DNA from: Macrostomum lignano
Lineage: Eukaryota
NCBI GenBank assembly: GCA_002269645.1
Contig: NIVC01000397.1
Location: 124,001-188,000 of the forward strand
Direction: 5' to 3'
Length of the DNA: 64,000 nucleotides
Shown here: positions 1 through 12,400 of the stretch, one piece after another
Layout of the letters: each line of letters opens with the position of its first letter
Numbering within the stretch: position 1 is the stretch's first letter
The notes under the pieces: generated by a model
What the model was told of the DNA's origin: nothing
The model's input: only the letters and a program-made list of their open reading frames with translations
The model's database searches: none
Program-made: the position numbers and the translations under genes

Positions 1-85
1 GTGTGCAGCGTGTGCCTGTGCGTATGACTGCGTACGTATCCGCACACTTGTGGCAATGCCTCTCACCGGCTGTGTGACACAATTT
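1..85 (+). mobile_element. 3' part of a tRNA-derived SINE family copy, cut by the window edge
   Basis: GTGTGCCTGTGCGTATGACTGCGTACGTATCCGC...AATGCCTCTCACCGGCTGTGTGACAC aligns with the reverse complement of 19040-19130 and with 59095-59185. Confidence 0.7.
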
Positions 86-430
86 TAGATTGTGTAGCAT
101 GTTGCGGAGTTGAATAATGACCAAAGCATGAGTACAAGGGATGGGGTGGGTGCACTGATTGGTCACTTAGGCAGAGAGTATGATGTACATTGATTACTTG
201 TGGCGAGGGATAGTTAAATTGACAATCAGATAAGACAATAATAGGCGACTCAGTTTAGTCATGAATTTTAATTAGTTTAGATAAAGCCATGGTAGTATTT
301 CTATTTGTTCTTATCAGATGGAAAATTCTGCTGTCGGGGTCGCTGAATGGTCTGATAATGGCCGTGTCTGGGTAAAAGTTCTTTACAGTGTCTATTAAAG
401 CGTAGGGTGCACCACAGATAGTAAAATAAT

Positions 431-1455
431 AATAACTGGATGGGCCACTCAGGCGTATATACTTAGTAAAACAACTTTCTACTTTCAGTTCAGTAGCAAT
501 AAAGAAAGCATGAGCTATTTTATAAGAAAATAAGCAGCTGAAATGACTTTGATAAGTTTAGAAGCCAACACAAGCTTGCTAATTGGTTCAACCATAATGT
601 ACATTGGCCACTGAAATGTACATGGCCGGCAGCTTTAGGCTGGAACAACCGAAAAAGATGATAAAAATTGATTGGCGGGGCAGGGGTAGAAGTTCTGTGC
701 GGAGTTTGAGGGTTTAAGCTGAGGGTGGTAAGGGCCAAGGATATAACAACTGGATTGTCAAAGTACTCCCCACTCCACTTAGAGGGTTGAATATGCCTAA
801 AATGTGACTCGCAAAACCCCTGCTTCCAGCTCATTGGCTGCTATTTTTAGCTCACTTGCTATACCGACCTACCTATGTACATTGCCTGGTGTTAGAAAAC
901 AAGCTAGGACGGGAGGGCTCGCGAGCCGTAGTGGGTAGAGAGATAAATGTAGGTGTGTGTTTGTAAGGTTGTTATATACTCAGCAACAGCTAAAACCCCC
1001 CCCCCCAACTCACGCTGTCACACGGGCACAAAAGTTAAGCAATGTCTTTAATTATAGTCTCAGTATCGTGTGTAGGAGCCACCCCCTCCCCAAATCCCCC
1101 ATGCCGCACTTTGCGCTCGCGTCTGGCGGCGGCAGCCTTCACACATTTCTGAGTCACCGATGGCATACAAAACTTTTGGGCCGTGTGACAGCGTGAGTTG
1201 GGGGGGTTTAGCTGTTGCTGAGTATATATCTTCCTAGTGTATTTGAAACCCTCCAGCCAATGTCAATGAGCATGAAGGAGGGGATTTGCGGGTCAAAATT
1301 TAAGCATGCTTTAGCGCCAGTCTGACTGTCTTTATCCTTGGTAAGAGCCAACAAACGGGCCTTGTCTTGAACATTAAATATATGCTTCAGTTTAACTTAC
1401 TACTGAACTGAAAGTAGCTTACGCGAAAATATGCTGAGTAGCCCATCTAGTTATT
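431..1455. mobile_element. Non-autonomous DNA transposon-like element with imperfect terminal inverted repeats (approximate ends)
   Basis: ATAACTGGATGGGCCACTCAG...CTACTTTCAGTTCAGTAG (431-496) is inverted at 1398-1455. The interior 480-720 recurs in reverse complement at about 11250-11520. No transposase ORF. Confidence 0.6.
979..1222. mobile_element. MITE with about 55-bp TIRs and TA flanks (Tc1/mariner-like), nested in the 431-1455 element
   Basis: CTCAGCAACAGCTAAAACCCCC...AACTCACGCTGTCACACGG at the left end and its reverse complement ending CTGTTGCTGAG at the right end. Both sides are flanked by TATA. Confidence 0.75.
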
Positions 1456-1529
1456 TTAGTACGTGTGGGGTGCACAGAGCCTCCTCACCTGACTGACTCA
1501 AAAAATACCATTCGCTTCCTTTTCTTCAG

Positions 1530-4214
1530 ACCTGCCCGATTCTTCGCATCCAAGGCCGCAACCAGGAGAAGATCAACACCCAATGCGACGACATTAAACA
1601 GAAGCCGTCGCAGCGCTATCGCGTACAGGACAGCCATCAGTTGTCTCAATTGCGCGAGTTTTTCTTCGACTTCTTGCCAACAGAATTGAAGCAGTTGAAT
1701 GTGCATCCGCCGGAACAGCTAGTAGTGGATTTCGCTTCGGTTTTGGTTATCTACAGAGATTCTGACAGCTTTGAGCAGGTTAATTCTCTGCTACCTCAGT
1801 TGGCCTTTACTAAACTGTGCCTGGGCCCCGATTCAAATGCGGTCGCTAATGCCTCAGATTCCGTTGCTATTGACGATCCAGTCGAAGGCGCCAAGCGTAC
1901 ATGGGAGAGTCGGCTGACGCGGTGTAACTGCAACCCGCTCAGTCTGTACGCGGTGCCGGGCAAGTGGCAGTCTTATCCGCTGGTGTCCGACGCTCAGTGG
2001 GAGCTGAACCAGACTGGCACTATTATGTCTACCACTTTTAATGTTAAAGATGTCAGGCAGACTCGGCCTGAGCATCTGCTCAAAGATCTGCCGGCTAATA
2101 CAGCCGCTAGTAGTGTTGCTGCACCGACAGTAGCCGCTGCTGCTACTACTGTCAGTAGTGCTAGCTCTGCGGCTACAACCGTTAGCACTGCCGCTTTAGA
2201 GCCTCTGGTGCTTGAACCGCCGGCTAGCCTACAGCCGCAGCATGTCTCAGCTGAGCACTACACCGGCTCGCCAATAATGACACCGGCTGGTGCTCAGGAG
2301 ACATCCGCCGCGGTTAACGCTGTGACCAATGCAGTGCAAAGTCTGATGGAGTCTAGTGGATTTGCCTCTTCGACGCATCATCATCCTTCTCAGACTCAGC
2401 AGCAACAGCCACCACCGCCAGCGATGCAGCCTCCGGCTCAGCCGCCTCATCAGCAGCAACAACAACAGCAGCAGATGGCAGGCGGAAATCCCAGTCGAAT
2501 TTACGGCAAGCCGCCGCCTCCAACTCCGCAGTCGATGCAGCAGCCGCCGCCTCCGATGCAGCATCATTTGCCGCCGCAGCCTCCTCAGCCTCCTCAGCCT
2601 CCGCAGCCGCCACAGCAACAGCCACAGCAGCCGATGCATCATCCGCCTCCGACTCATCATCACCAGCAGCCGCCGATGGCGCCACCCAACTATTCGGGAA
2701 TGCAGCCGCACCAGCCACAAGGCTACATGACCGGCCCAATGCCGCTTGGCCATAATAATAATAAGCGGCATATTCCGGACCGTCAGAACACTACTAATAT
2801 GCCGCCTAGATTCCGGCAGGGCGGCTCGATGCATCAGGGAGGTCCGGGCTACCTAGCTGGTATGGACTCCGACCAGATGCAGCAGCAGCACCATCCTAAT
2901 CATCCGTCTATGAGCTCTAATCAGCCTCCGATGCAGCAGCAGCATCCTCAGCAGCCTATGCAGCACCCCATGCCTCAGCAGCACCAGCAGCAGCAGCCCC
3001 ATCACTCTTCCACTGCTGCTGCTGCTGCTTCTGGACCATCGTCTGCTACTAGCGCTTCGATGCCAATCCAACAACAGCAACAGCCACCGCCGCCGCCGCA
3101 GATGCACGGTGCCGGCGGCGGTCGCCACCACGGTCCTCCCGGAAACCCGCCCGGCGGCCCGAATTCCAATCCATCCGACACTGGCAACCGGAACTATCCG
3201 CCTTCAGCTTCGTCTCGCGGCGGAGGCGGCGGTCCACCGTCTCGGCCAGGCATTGGCAGGGGCGGCCGCGGCGGACCTTACAGAGGTCGCGGACGCGGAG
3301 GTGGCGGCGGCGAGTACGGAGGCTACGGACACGGCGGCGGGCATCACCAGCAGCCGGCTGGTCCGCCAGAGTTTCACTTGAAAGAGAACGACTTTCCCGA
3401 GATCTCGTCGGACGCGCTAGTCAGCCCTACTGGTCATCCGCATTCGATACAGCAGCAGCACCATCAGTTGGCTCAGCATCATCAGCTGCAGTCGGCTCAG
3501 CAGCAGCAGCAGCATCCGCAGCAACAGACTCAACAGCATCCAGTCCAGCAGCAGCAGCAGCAGCATCATCAAGTGCAGCATTCCGACCCAGCAACCAATC
3601 AGCAGATGCAAGCCAGTGTGATTGCATCTGGAGCGGCGTCTTGCGACACCTCCTCGATGCCTGCCGCCGCCGCGCCGCTAGTGAATGGCTCTGGCAGCAG
3701 TCCTGAGCAGCAGCAGCAGCAGCAGCAGCAACCGGTGGCTCCAGTACCCGCTGGCACGTCCTACGCTGCCGCTTTAAAGAAGTCAGTTCCTCCGCCGCAG
3801 TCAGTGCCTGGCAAGCCAGACGGAGTTCAACAATCCAATATTGTTGACGATTCAGCTGCGGCAGTCGGCGCCGCCAGTTCGCCTTCGTCAAACGCCGGCG
3901 CAACAGCGCCAGTCGGAGGAGTTCGGCGTGCCGTTGCCAGCGACGTTGTCGTTGCTTTGGCGTCAACAGCGGCGACAGACTCTGGGCTGGGCGAGACCAG
4001 CTCGTCAGATCGCGAGTCCGGCTCAGCTGGTGGTGGCGCCTTCGAGCAGCAGCAGCAGCAGCAGCACCGGCCCAGTTATCGCGGCGGCGGCAAGTCGGGC
4101 TATCACCAAAGCTATCGAGGCGGCGGCGGCTTTCCGCAGCGGTCCGGCGGAGGTCGCGGCGGCTTCCGCGGCAGCGGTTCGAGAAACGGCGGCGCCGGCA
4201 ACAATGCAGCTTAA
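1530..4214 (+). CDS. Large terminal exon of a Q/P/H/G-rich low-complexity protein with RGG boxes (probable RNA-binding or granule protein; weak LARP4-like motifs)
   Basis: The frame stays open upstream of the tracked ORF to a polypyrimidine acceptor (tttcttcag|ACC at 1529/1530), giving TCPILRIQGRNQEK... Stop TAA at 4212-4214. Contains RGGRGG, RGRGRGG and YRGGG repeats, FHLKENDFPEI and SYAAALKK. The 5' start is not identified. Confidence 0.7.
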   Translation, partial: TCPILRIQGRNQEKINTQCDDIKQKPSQRYRVQDSHQLSQLREFFFDFLPTELKQLNVHPPEQLVVDFASVLVIYRDSDSFEQVNSLLPQLAFTKLCLGPDSNAVANASDSVAIDDPVEGAKRTWESRLTRCNCNPLSLYAVPGKWQSYPLVSDAQWELNQTGTIMSTTFNVKDVRQTRPEHLLKDLPANTAASSVAAPTVAAAATTVSSASSAATTVSTAALEPLVLEPPASLQPQHVSAEHYTGSPIMTPAGAQETSAAVNAVTNAVQSLMESSGFASSTHHHPSQTQQQQPPPPAMQPPAQPPHQQQQQQQQMAGGNPSRIYGKPPPPTPQSMQQPPPPMQHHLPPQPPQPPQPPQPPQQQPQQPMHHPPPTHHHQQPPMAPPNYSGMQPHQPQGYMTGPMPLGHNNNKRHIPDRQNTTNMPPRFRQGGSMHQGGPGYLAGMDSDQMQQQHHPNHPSMSSNQPPMQQQHPQQPMQHPMPQQHQQQQPHHSSTAAAAASGPSSATSASMPIQQQQQPPPPPQMHGAGGGRHHGPPGNPPGGPNSNPSDTGNRNYPPSASSRGGGGGPPSRPGIGRGGRGGPYRGRGRGGGGGEYGGYGHGGGHHQQPAGPPEFHLKENDFPEISSDALVSPTGHPHSIQQQHHQLAQHHQLQSAQQQQQHPQQQTQQHPVQQQQQQHHQVQHSDPATNQQMQASVIASGAASCDTSSMPAAAAPLVNGSGSSPEQQQQQQQQPVAPVPAGTSYAAALKKSVPPPQSVPGKPDGVQQSNIVDDSAAAVGAASSPSSNAGATAPVGGVRRAVASDVVVALASTAATDSGLGETSSSDRESGSAGGGAFEQQQQQQHRPSYRGGGKSGYHQSYRGGGGFPQRSGGGRGGFRGSGSRNGGAGNNAA

Positions 4215-5479
4215 ACTGTTTTTTTTGCAATTTGTTTTTTTTGTTCTGCGCTCGTTCAGTTGTTGATTCAATGAACGCATAGTAAAATAGTTGCTTCAAA
4301 ATGCAGTTTTTGTCCACTCCGCGTTATTGTATATTCTTTTCCTAAACAATTTCAATTTCTGTGCCAGTTTAAACAAATGAGTCTAATTTGTGAATTCGGT
4401 GACCTTCGTGTGTACTCTGATGTGAATCGCTACGATTTTTTTGTAATTTAACGAGCCGCTTTCATAAGCGCTAACCAAAACTTATTTTCTTTCATTTTTG
4501 CATTTATTCGATGAAAAATTTTAATTACTTATTAATTGGTTTTCTCTGATCGCTGGCTCAACAGCCAATTAAACGTAAGCTGGCTAAATTTTGCCCAGGT
4601 GATGCAGATTAGCTAGGTGTACCAGCTTTATTACTTTGCATTGCTATATAATAATTAGCGCACAGGTGTGTGTGTAAAGTATGATTATAATTGCATAGTA
4701 ATTAGCCTATCTGTATATCTCTATTTCTCCACAGGTACTATTATAATTAGTTTAATCAACAATGTTCATGTACTACTGATTTACATAAGTAGCTTAGATT
4801 GCATATATAGTTATTATTATAGTATCTGTGTGGAAGTTTCCATTTAGTTAGTGATAATTTTTGCACTTTAAAACAAGCGTTACCTACTTACTCGATGAAG
4901 AGAGTAATTTCTATTATAATGCTCTTATTAATGCTGCTCATTATCCATGCTAGTTCAATTTTTTGTAGCTGCACAATTTCCTGTGTTGCTGTAGGTACAA
5001 ATGCTTAGTCTTTGTGCTGGCACTTTCTTTTCATTTCTATTTTAATTATTATTATCTTTTGTTTCTGCTACTATATTGATTATATTTGTACATATTGTTA
5101 CTAACAATCAGCATTTGTAATATTGGAGTCGCGTTGCTTTGATTATTAATAATTATTATTATCTTGCTATTTGTCTGCATTACATATGTAAAGCTTCATT
5201 TTTGGTTAGTTAGAGCTAGGCACGAACAGCAAAGTAGTGATGCATGAAAAGTTTTTTATCATTTGAACAAAATATCATTCAATATTGCTGTTCGCGCCTT
5301 AGCCATTGAAACTGCGCGTTTGTCTATGTGTTCGGTTTTCCCGTTTATATCGTAGCTCCATGTCCGTGTGAATTTGTTGTCTTTTGATTAGCTGTTAGCC
5401 CGATGACTGCTATTGGACAGATTTGCTTTCATTTTTTTCTTTGCTATCTGTCCACTCGTTTGAAAACGTTACCGTGACA

Positions 5480-5767
5480 AGAGTCGCTTAGAGTCATTGC
5501 AAGCTACTCACTAGTGACTCTGGTGACGACTGTTGAGTCGCGAGCGCATCGCATAAGCAGTGGAAGTCGTCCAAGAGTTGTTGTCTTTGCGTTTAGAATT
5601 GTCTACTAATTTGAGTAGACTAATTAGAGTCGTTATAAATGCGAAATTCGATTGCAATTCATAAAGCCACTCAGTAATTCTACAGCGACTCTAGCAGGTC
5701 TCAGATACGACTCTGTACGGCTCTGTCTATTTTACCTGTGTTACCTGCAATAACTCTAAGCAACTCT
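5480..5767. mobile_element. Possible degenerate MITE (22-bp inverted repeat pair)
   Basis: AGAGTCGCTTAGAGTCATTGCA (5480-5501) matches the reverse complement of 5746-5767 at 20/22 positions. The interior has many GAGTC/GACTC motifs. No clear TSD. Confidence 0.35.
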
Positions 5768-7982
5768 GGGGCGATGCAAGTGACTCTGGTTCTTGGCCTG
5801 GTTGGCAGTTTTATCGGGGTTGTATGAGTAGTGCTTGTTCTTAAATGCTTTCTTTTACTCTTAGTTTCTGTGTGTTTCTATTCGTTGTTCATTCTCCCTG
5901 AGCTGTAGTAGTAGTGAAAAAATATTTTCTCGAAAAATATCTGCCGCTTAAAAGAATTTATTTTTTTCAAGTCTTTATTATTATGCTGTTTGTGTTGTTT
6001 ATCAATTCCGGAAGTTATTTCGTAAACAGATGTCGATTGTCTTCCCACAGCAATGTGCGCTGTCTGCTTCTGTCTATTTGTAGCAACCACTACCCAGCAC
6101 TAACAATATTTATTCCAGTTTATAAGCTTGTACTTTATTAATTGTAGAACAGTAGTAGTAGTAGGGGTTATTGGATAATCCCAGTTTTAGTTACTTAAGA
6201 ATGTAGAAATTTGTTTTTAAATTGTTGGATTCTTCTGCTCTGTCAAGTTGAATTTTGTTTGCGGCAACGGTTGAATTAATTTTGCAGAAACAAAAAATAC
6301 TTTTTTCGGGTGCCTTTTATTTCTGCTTAAGACTTCTCTCTCCTTCTTCTCTTGGTCTGTTCCCGTTGAAAAAAAGAATAAAAAATTACTTTATAAAAAT
6401 GATTAGTTAGTATACCTGTTCGTTCTACTTGCATAAAATTGCTTGTAAATATTACTAATTAGTAGGTTATATTATTCATATATATGCCCATACTTACAGT
6501 CGTATTTGTTTATTAATCTATCCAATTATATTATGTACATTCTGATCGCGCTACTGTTATGTCAATATGAGTACTATTGTTATATATTGAGCTCTAATTA
6601 CCCTATAGCACCATGTCGAACAGTTCCCACATCCAGTTTGTGTTTTTTTTCATTTTCAATTTTCAATCTACGTCGCTACTTAATCATAAAAAAATTGATA
6701 CTCTTCTATTTGTAGTGTATATTGACCATACTACTAATAGTACTTACTGTCACTAATATCATTAATGTCGAATTTCAAACTAATTTTTTATTGAAATACA
6801 ATTTTAAAAGTACATGTGATGATGACAAGTATAGAATCGTGTGCGTCTTCTTTAACTTCTTCTGTTTATCTAAGTTTGTTTTAATTCTCTGTCGTAGTCT
6901 TTTCTATCTACTGCTATTAGACAATTTTATGGTATATGAATATTGTCAATTTATAAGATTTGATTTGCTTAAACGTAACACCTGATTTTGAAATTAATCT
7001 TTGCGTACTGTTATGCATCATTGGTATGTCACAATTGTTTTCGTTGAGCGGATGAAATCATCTTTACTTAAAGTTTTAATAAGTTTAACCGACTCGGTGT
7101 AAAATTTAATTTTTTTTTCTCAATTTGTTTTGTTTCTAGACAAGCTTTTTTATTGCAAAAAATTATCTGCTTTATTTTGTGATTGTAGGCTTTGGTTTTG
7201 ATTTGTGGCTGAAAGTTTTTTGTTTGTTTGTTTGTTTTCTTTTCAAGCGGGATTTTTGTGCGACATTAGTTTGTCTGTTTTTGAGAAATTTTGCCAACTT
7301 AAACTTTTTTTTCTAAAATGTAAATTACGGCTACAACGTGTTATTGAAACTTTCTTATAATTTTTGCGTCTTCTATAGAGGAAAATTATTTGAAAACTTC
7401 GTGTAGACAAAAAATTGATTGTTAAAACTAAATCAATTTCAAAGTAATATATTTCATAAATGTGTTAGTAGATTGGCTAAGCTAGAAATATATATTTACT
7501 ATATTCCACTATTTTTAATATTCAGTTTTCTCCTACGTTTACGAAACAACTTGTTCGTTTATATAGAAACAGTTTAAGCGCTAATATATTAATGATTAGC
7601 TAACAATTTAGTTATACTATTATCGATTTAATATCGTGTAACGACAATAATATTTATTTATTTATTTTATTGCATTCAATACACTGAGACAGTTATCAAA
7701 ATAAATATATAGACACAGACGACGGCAAGTTGCTTTGTTGTTGAAGTTTATCGCTTTATTCTGGTAGAGCAATGAGATTTAAATATATTATTAATAAATA
7801 AAAGAAGAGGAATGAATAATAAAATTTATTAATATATGTTGCTTTGGTTTCTTAACTTTACTGGTCGCTCAAATACCTAATAGACACTTTAATTATGTAG
7901 CAAATACATTTGGGAATGGACACCTAATATGGGTTTTGTCAGCCATAATAAAAGGCCAATGATCCCAAGTAGATAATTTTCA

Positions 7983-8310
7983 TTGTCTATGGTCGAGTTC
8001 AGCTGTCCAGTTCGTTGGCTTTGTATTGTCTATGGTCGAGTACAGCTGTCCAGTTTATTGGCTTTGTATTGTCTATGGTCGAGTACAGCTGTCCAGTTTG
8101 TTGGCTTTGTATTGTCTATGGTCAAGTACAGCTGTCCAGTTTATTGGCTTTGTATTGTCTATGGTCAAGTACAGCTGTCCAGTTTATTGGCTTTGTATTG
8201 TCTATGGTCGAGTACAGCTGTCCAGTTTATTGGCTTTGTATTGTCTATGGTCGAGTACAGCTGTCCAGTTTATTGGCTTTGTATTGTCTATGGTTGAGTA
8301 CAGCTGTCCA
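7983..8310. repeat. 43-bp minisatellite, about 7.5 copies
   Basis: Unit TGTATTGTCTATGGTCGAGTACAGCTGTCCAGTTTATTGGCTT. Confidence 0.95.
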
Positions 8311-8979
8311 TTTGATTAGCTTTATTGCCTGTCGAGAACATTGCTTCAGCTAATAGGATATTCACGCAATAAATAGGCTTAATCACTGAAGGCAAAAAGC
8401 AATAGTTGAAAAGCGCGTTTAAGACGAGGCAAGTTTAGGTAATTTTACAGCCGTTAAATGAATTAAAAATAGTTATAAATTTTTAAATAATTAAAGCAGT
8501 GCAGTGCGCAAGAGCTATGACAAAATTTTGCATAGATAATACAAATAGATCGTTTTTAGTCTACTGATGAAAGTAGTGTTTCATGCAATTAAAAAAAATG
8601 ATATCGGATTATGTTCAATTCAATTATGTATGTCTTGTCAGCATAGTGTTACGCTCGTAATTAAAAGTGAACACCATTTTTAAGGGCTTCACACAAGAGG
8701 GACTCCTTTGCTAATTTTTATAATCGCAGCTGTTTGTCAATCTCTGTTCTCTCGTCTCTGTTATATACTATGGATCAAGTGATTTTTATTTAGCTACCTA
8801 TAAAGCACCTTAGTCGTATGAGGTGAATATTTCCTCGAAAACTTGAATTTTTCTTAAATTTCTACTCTAAGTAGCTTACATGATTTAAATTAATTGATGT
8901 TATTAAACTTTGAGCTAGTCTTGAGAGAGACTTCGAGAGTGCATACATCGATTTCTATGTTGAGTCGTGCACATTCCGC

Positions 8980-9050
8980 TAAGCCCTGGGCGGATTCGAA
9001 CCCGGGGTCTTCATTGCCGCCTGCCTTAAGCGCTGAGCTACTCTCTACCC
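8980..9050 (-). other. tRNA-like Pol III A/B-box sequence (degenerate tRNA or SINE head) in the putative Kv-beta 3' UTR
   Basis: Minus strand reads TAGCTCAGCGC ... GGTTCGAATCC, a perfect B-box. I could not build a convincing cloverleaf. Confidence 0.4.
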
Positions 9051-9441
9051 CCAACCCATGCACTTTCGTGTACATCACAAGTCCACGATGCACTTCGAGA
9101 CTATGTATGGATGCATTGAGTCCGTCTCAAGACACAACGCAGTGCCGACCACCGTGATGCCTTCTCTGTTGCTGCTGCAGCTGCATCTGGTGCTGATACT
9201 GTCTTGATCGAAACCTGGCCCTCAGTGAACTCTGGCTGCCGGCGCCGCCGCCCGGACCCGCACTTCCGCCGCCAATCAGAACCGGCCCGACTCCAACTAA
9301 AAGTACACCGCCAATTGAAGCCGACAGAGAACTTCCCGCTGCGACTGGCCTGCTTCTTCTCTGCTGCTGTTTTTGATGCTTTTGTTGTTGTTGCTGCTGC
9401 TGCCTCTCGCACCGGACACCCTCTTGTGCTTGCCCACACCG

Positions 9442-12400
9442 TCAGCTGCCAGCTGAACATCCGGGCGGATGACTGACGATGTCCAGCGTTGGGTTAGGCT
9501 TGCTGCTACCTTGAACTGTTTCCGTTTCAGTTGAGGGGTTCACTTGTGACTTTGCTGTAAAGTGTGGCTCCTCTCGAGCTCCTCCGCCTGAGTCTTCATT
9601 CTATCTGTGTACCTAACTCCCCGTCTCCCCCTCATCCCCACTCAGTCTCCCCCCATTCCCACTCAGTCTCGCCCCATTCCCACTCAGTCTCCCCTCATCC
9701 CCACTCAGTCTCGCCCCATTCCCACTCAGTCTCCCCTCATCCCCACTCAGTCTCCCCTCATCCCCACTCAGTCTCCCCTCATCCCCACTCAGTCTCCCCT
9801 CTCACCATGTCACATCTGACTTGATCTTTAATTTTTAGTTTTTCTAAATCTTATATTTTACAGCATCTTTCAAACTCTAGTTCTCATCTCGGATCTCCGC
9901 CATCACCGCTCAACTCCACTTATCCAATCCCAAGCTCTGGTCAACTCACCCAGGATGCAGTCGATCTCGGCGAGCAGCTCTGGTATGAGTCTGGGCGCCA
10001 GCGTCACAGCCAGGATGTCCTCGTACAGCTGCGTAGCGCAACTGGCACCGAGCAGTACGCAGTGCGCATCGGCATTGCTCAGACACCAGGCTATTGACAG
10101 CTGGGCTAAACTGCAGCTAAGCTGCTCGCACACGGGACTCAACTGACGGAGCATCTGCTGCTGTAAGCGACCCTCTTCGCTGAGGATTTTGTCGCGTAGC
10201 CAGGAGTAGCTGCAGGCGGGTTGATTCATTGCTTGATTGATTGATTGATTGATTGGTTGACTGATTGGGTGGTTGATTGATTGATTGATTGACTGACTCA
10301 CTGATTGATTGACTGATTGATTGGCTGGCTGACTGACTGATTGATTGATTGATTAATTGACTGATTGATTGATTGACTGCTTGTTTGATTGATTGATCGA
10401 TTGATTTACTGATTGATTGGTTGATTGGCTGACTGACTGATTGATTGGTTTGTTAATTGGTTTGTCACATATCTATTGATGACTGATTGGTTAGTTTTTG
10501 CTATTGATTGATTGATTCGTTTATAGATTGATTATTAAATGGTTGATCGAGTCGGTGTCTAACTTGCCGCAATCAGGCACTGGGATGGCTATTCCCCACT
10601 AAGCTAGCTAACTACCCCACTCCAGCACTCACCCGGGCACAGACGCTCTGGACCCGACCGGCACTCCGCCCTCGTACTTGCCGGACAGAATTCCGCATGC
10701 CAGAGGGCTGAACGTCACAGCGCCGAGGCCCAGACGAGACTGCAGCTCAGGCAGATGCGACTGGAGTTTGTCCCGCTGCAATAAATTATACTCCAGCTGT
10801 TCGGCCGATGGCGGTATGAGATTGAACTGTCGCGACACCGAATGAGCCTCCATTATCTCAGCAGGTGTCCATCTGTAGGTGCCCGCCGAGAGTAATAAAA
10901 TAATTGCTATTTTGTTTTCATAAAATGCCACTGGAGACCGGCAGATATTAGAACAACTACTGGATGGGCCATTCAGCAAATTTGCGTGTAAGCTACTTTC
11001 AGTTCAGTACATGCTTGGGCGCAACCTAGGGATTCACCCGGCCGTTTCTATTGGCAACACACACATGTAAGTCGCTATTGGACGTAATAGTAGTCACGTG
11101 ACTGCTCTCAGCCAATAGCGACTTACATGTGTGTGTTGCCAATAGAAACGGCCGGGTGATTCCCAAGGTTGCGCATGACTCACTTCAGTAGTAAGTTAAG
11201 CAAAAGCATTTTAATGTATTTTTTAAGCCAAGGCTCATTTATTGGCTCTTTTCCCCAGCTTAAACCCCCCAACCGCGCCTTTCTCCTCTACCCCCCGCCC
11301 CGCCCCAATTTTTATTGCCTTCCTCGGAATTCCAGCCTAAAGCTGCTATGTACATTTCAGTGGACTGGCTAATGTACAGTATTGCTGAGCCAATTAGCAA
11401 GTTGTCCTATAATAAGTTTTCTAAACTTATCAAAGTAATTTTAGCTGCCTTTGTTTTAATAAAATAGCTTATGTTTTCATTTTTGTTACCGAACTAAAAG
11501 TAGAAAGCTGTTTTAATAAGTACTCGTAAGTACTCGGAATGAGACTAAATTAATGAGATTTAATTGTATTCTTAGGCTTTTTCGCGCCTATCAATCTTTA
11601 ATATCCATCCAAGACCCGTGATCTGAACTCATAGCAGATAATAGATTGTGCATCTCAACATATTAAATTTTACATCGTCATCCTCTTGACAGCAGGAAGT
11701 CGATATAGGACTTTAACAGTGAGCCAGCTAATCCAATCTATCTGATATCTTAATTACCAATTAATAAGATAAATATATCTACCAGATCATATCTCTATGC
11801 AGATTCTTTGTTTGCTTTGTTCTCCATCAAGCAAAATCCTATATTTATTGAGCTTTTAGTTCTGTTTCCTGAATGCGCCTAATGAACTGTAATTGATGAC
11901 ATTGTGCACGATTTAGACTGGGCAGTTAAGTTAGTTCTTGGCAAATTTATACTGTTTCATTTTGGGTACCGGTTTTTTAGCTGGGCTATAGGCTCGAATA
12001 ACCCTGATGCTTTATTGAGTTCGTAAATCTCCCAAATTGCCGAATCTCCCACATCCCAAAATCTCCCACATTCCCAAATCTCCCACATCTCAAAATCTCT
12101 CACATCCCCAAATCTCCCACACCCCAAAATCTCCCACATTCCCAAATCTCCCACATCCCCAGATCTCCCACATTTCCAAATCTCTCACATTCCCAAATCT
12201 CCCACATCCCCAACTCTCCCACATCCCCAAATCTCTCACATCATCAAATCTCCCACACCCCCGAATCTCACAATCTCCAAATCTCCCTCATCCTCAAATC
12301 TCTCACATCGATCTCCAAATCTCCCACATTCCCAAATCTCTCACATCCTCAGATTTCCCACAATCCTGAATTTTCCACATCTCTTAATCTCCAACATCCC

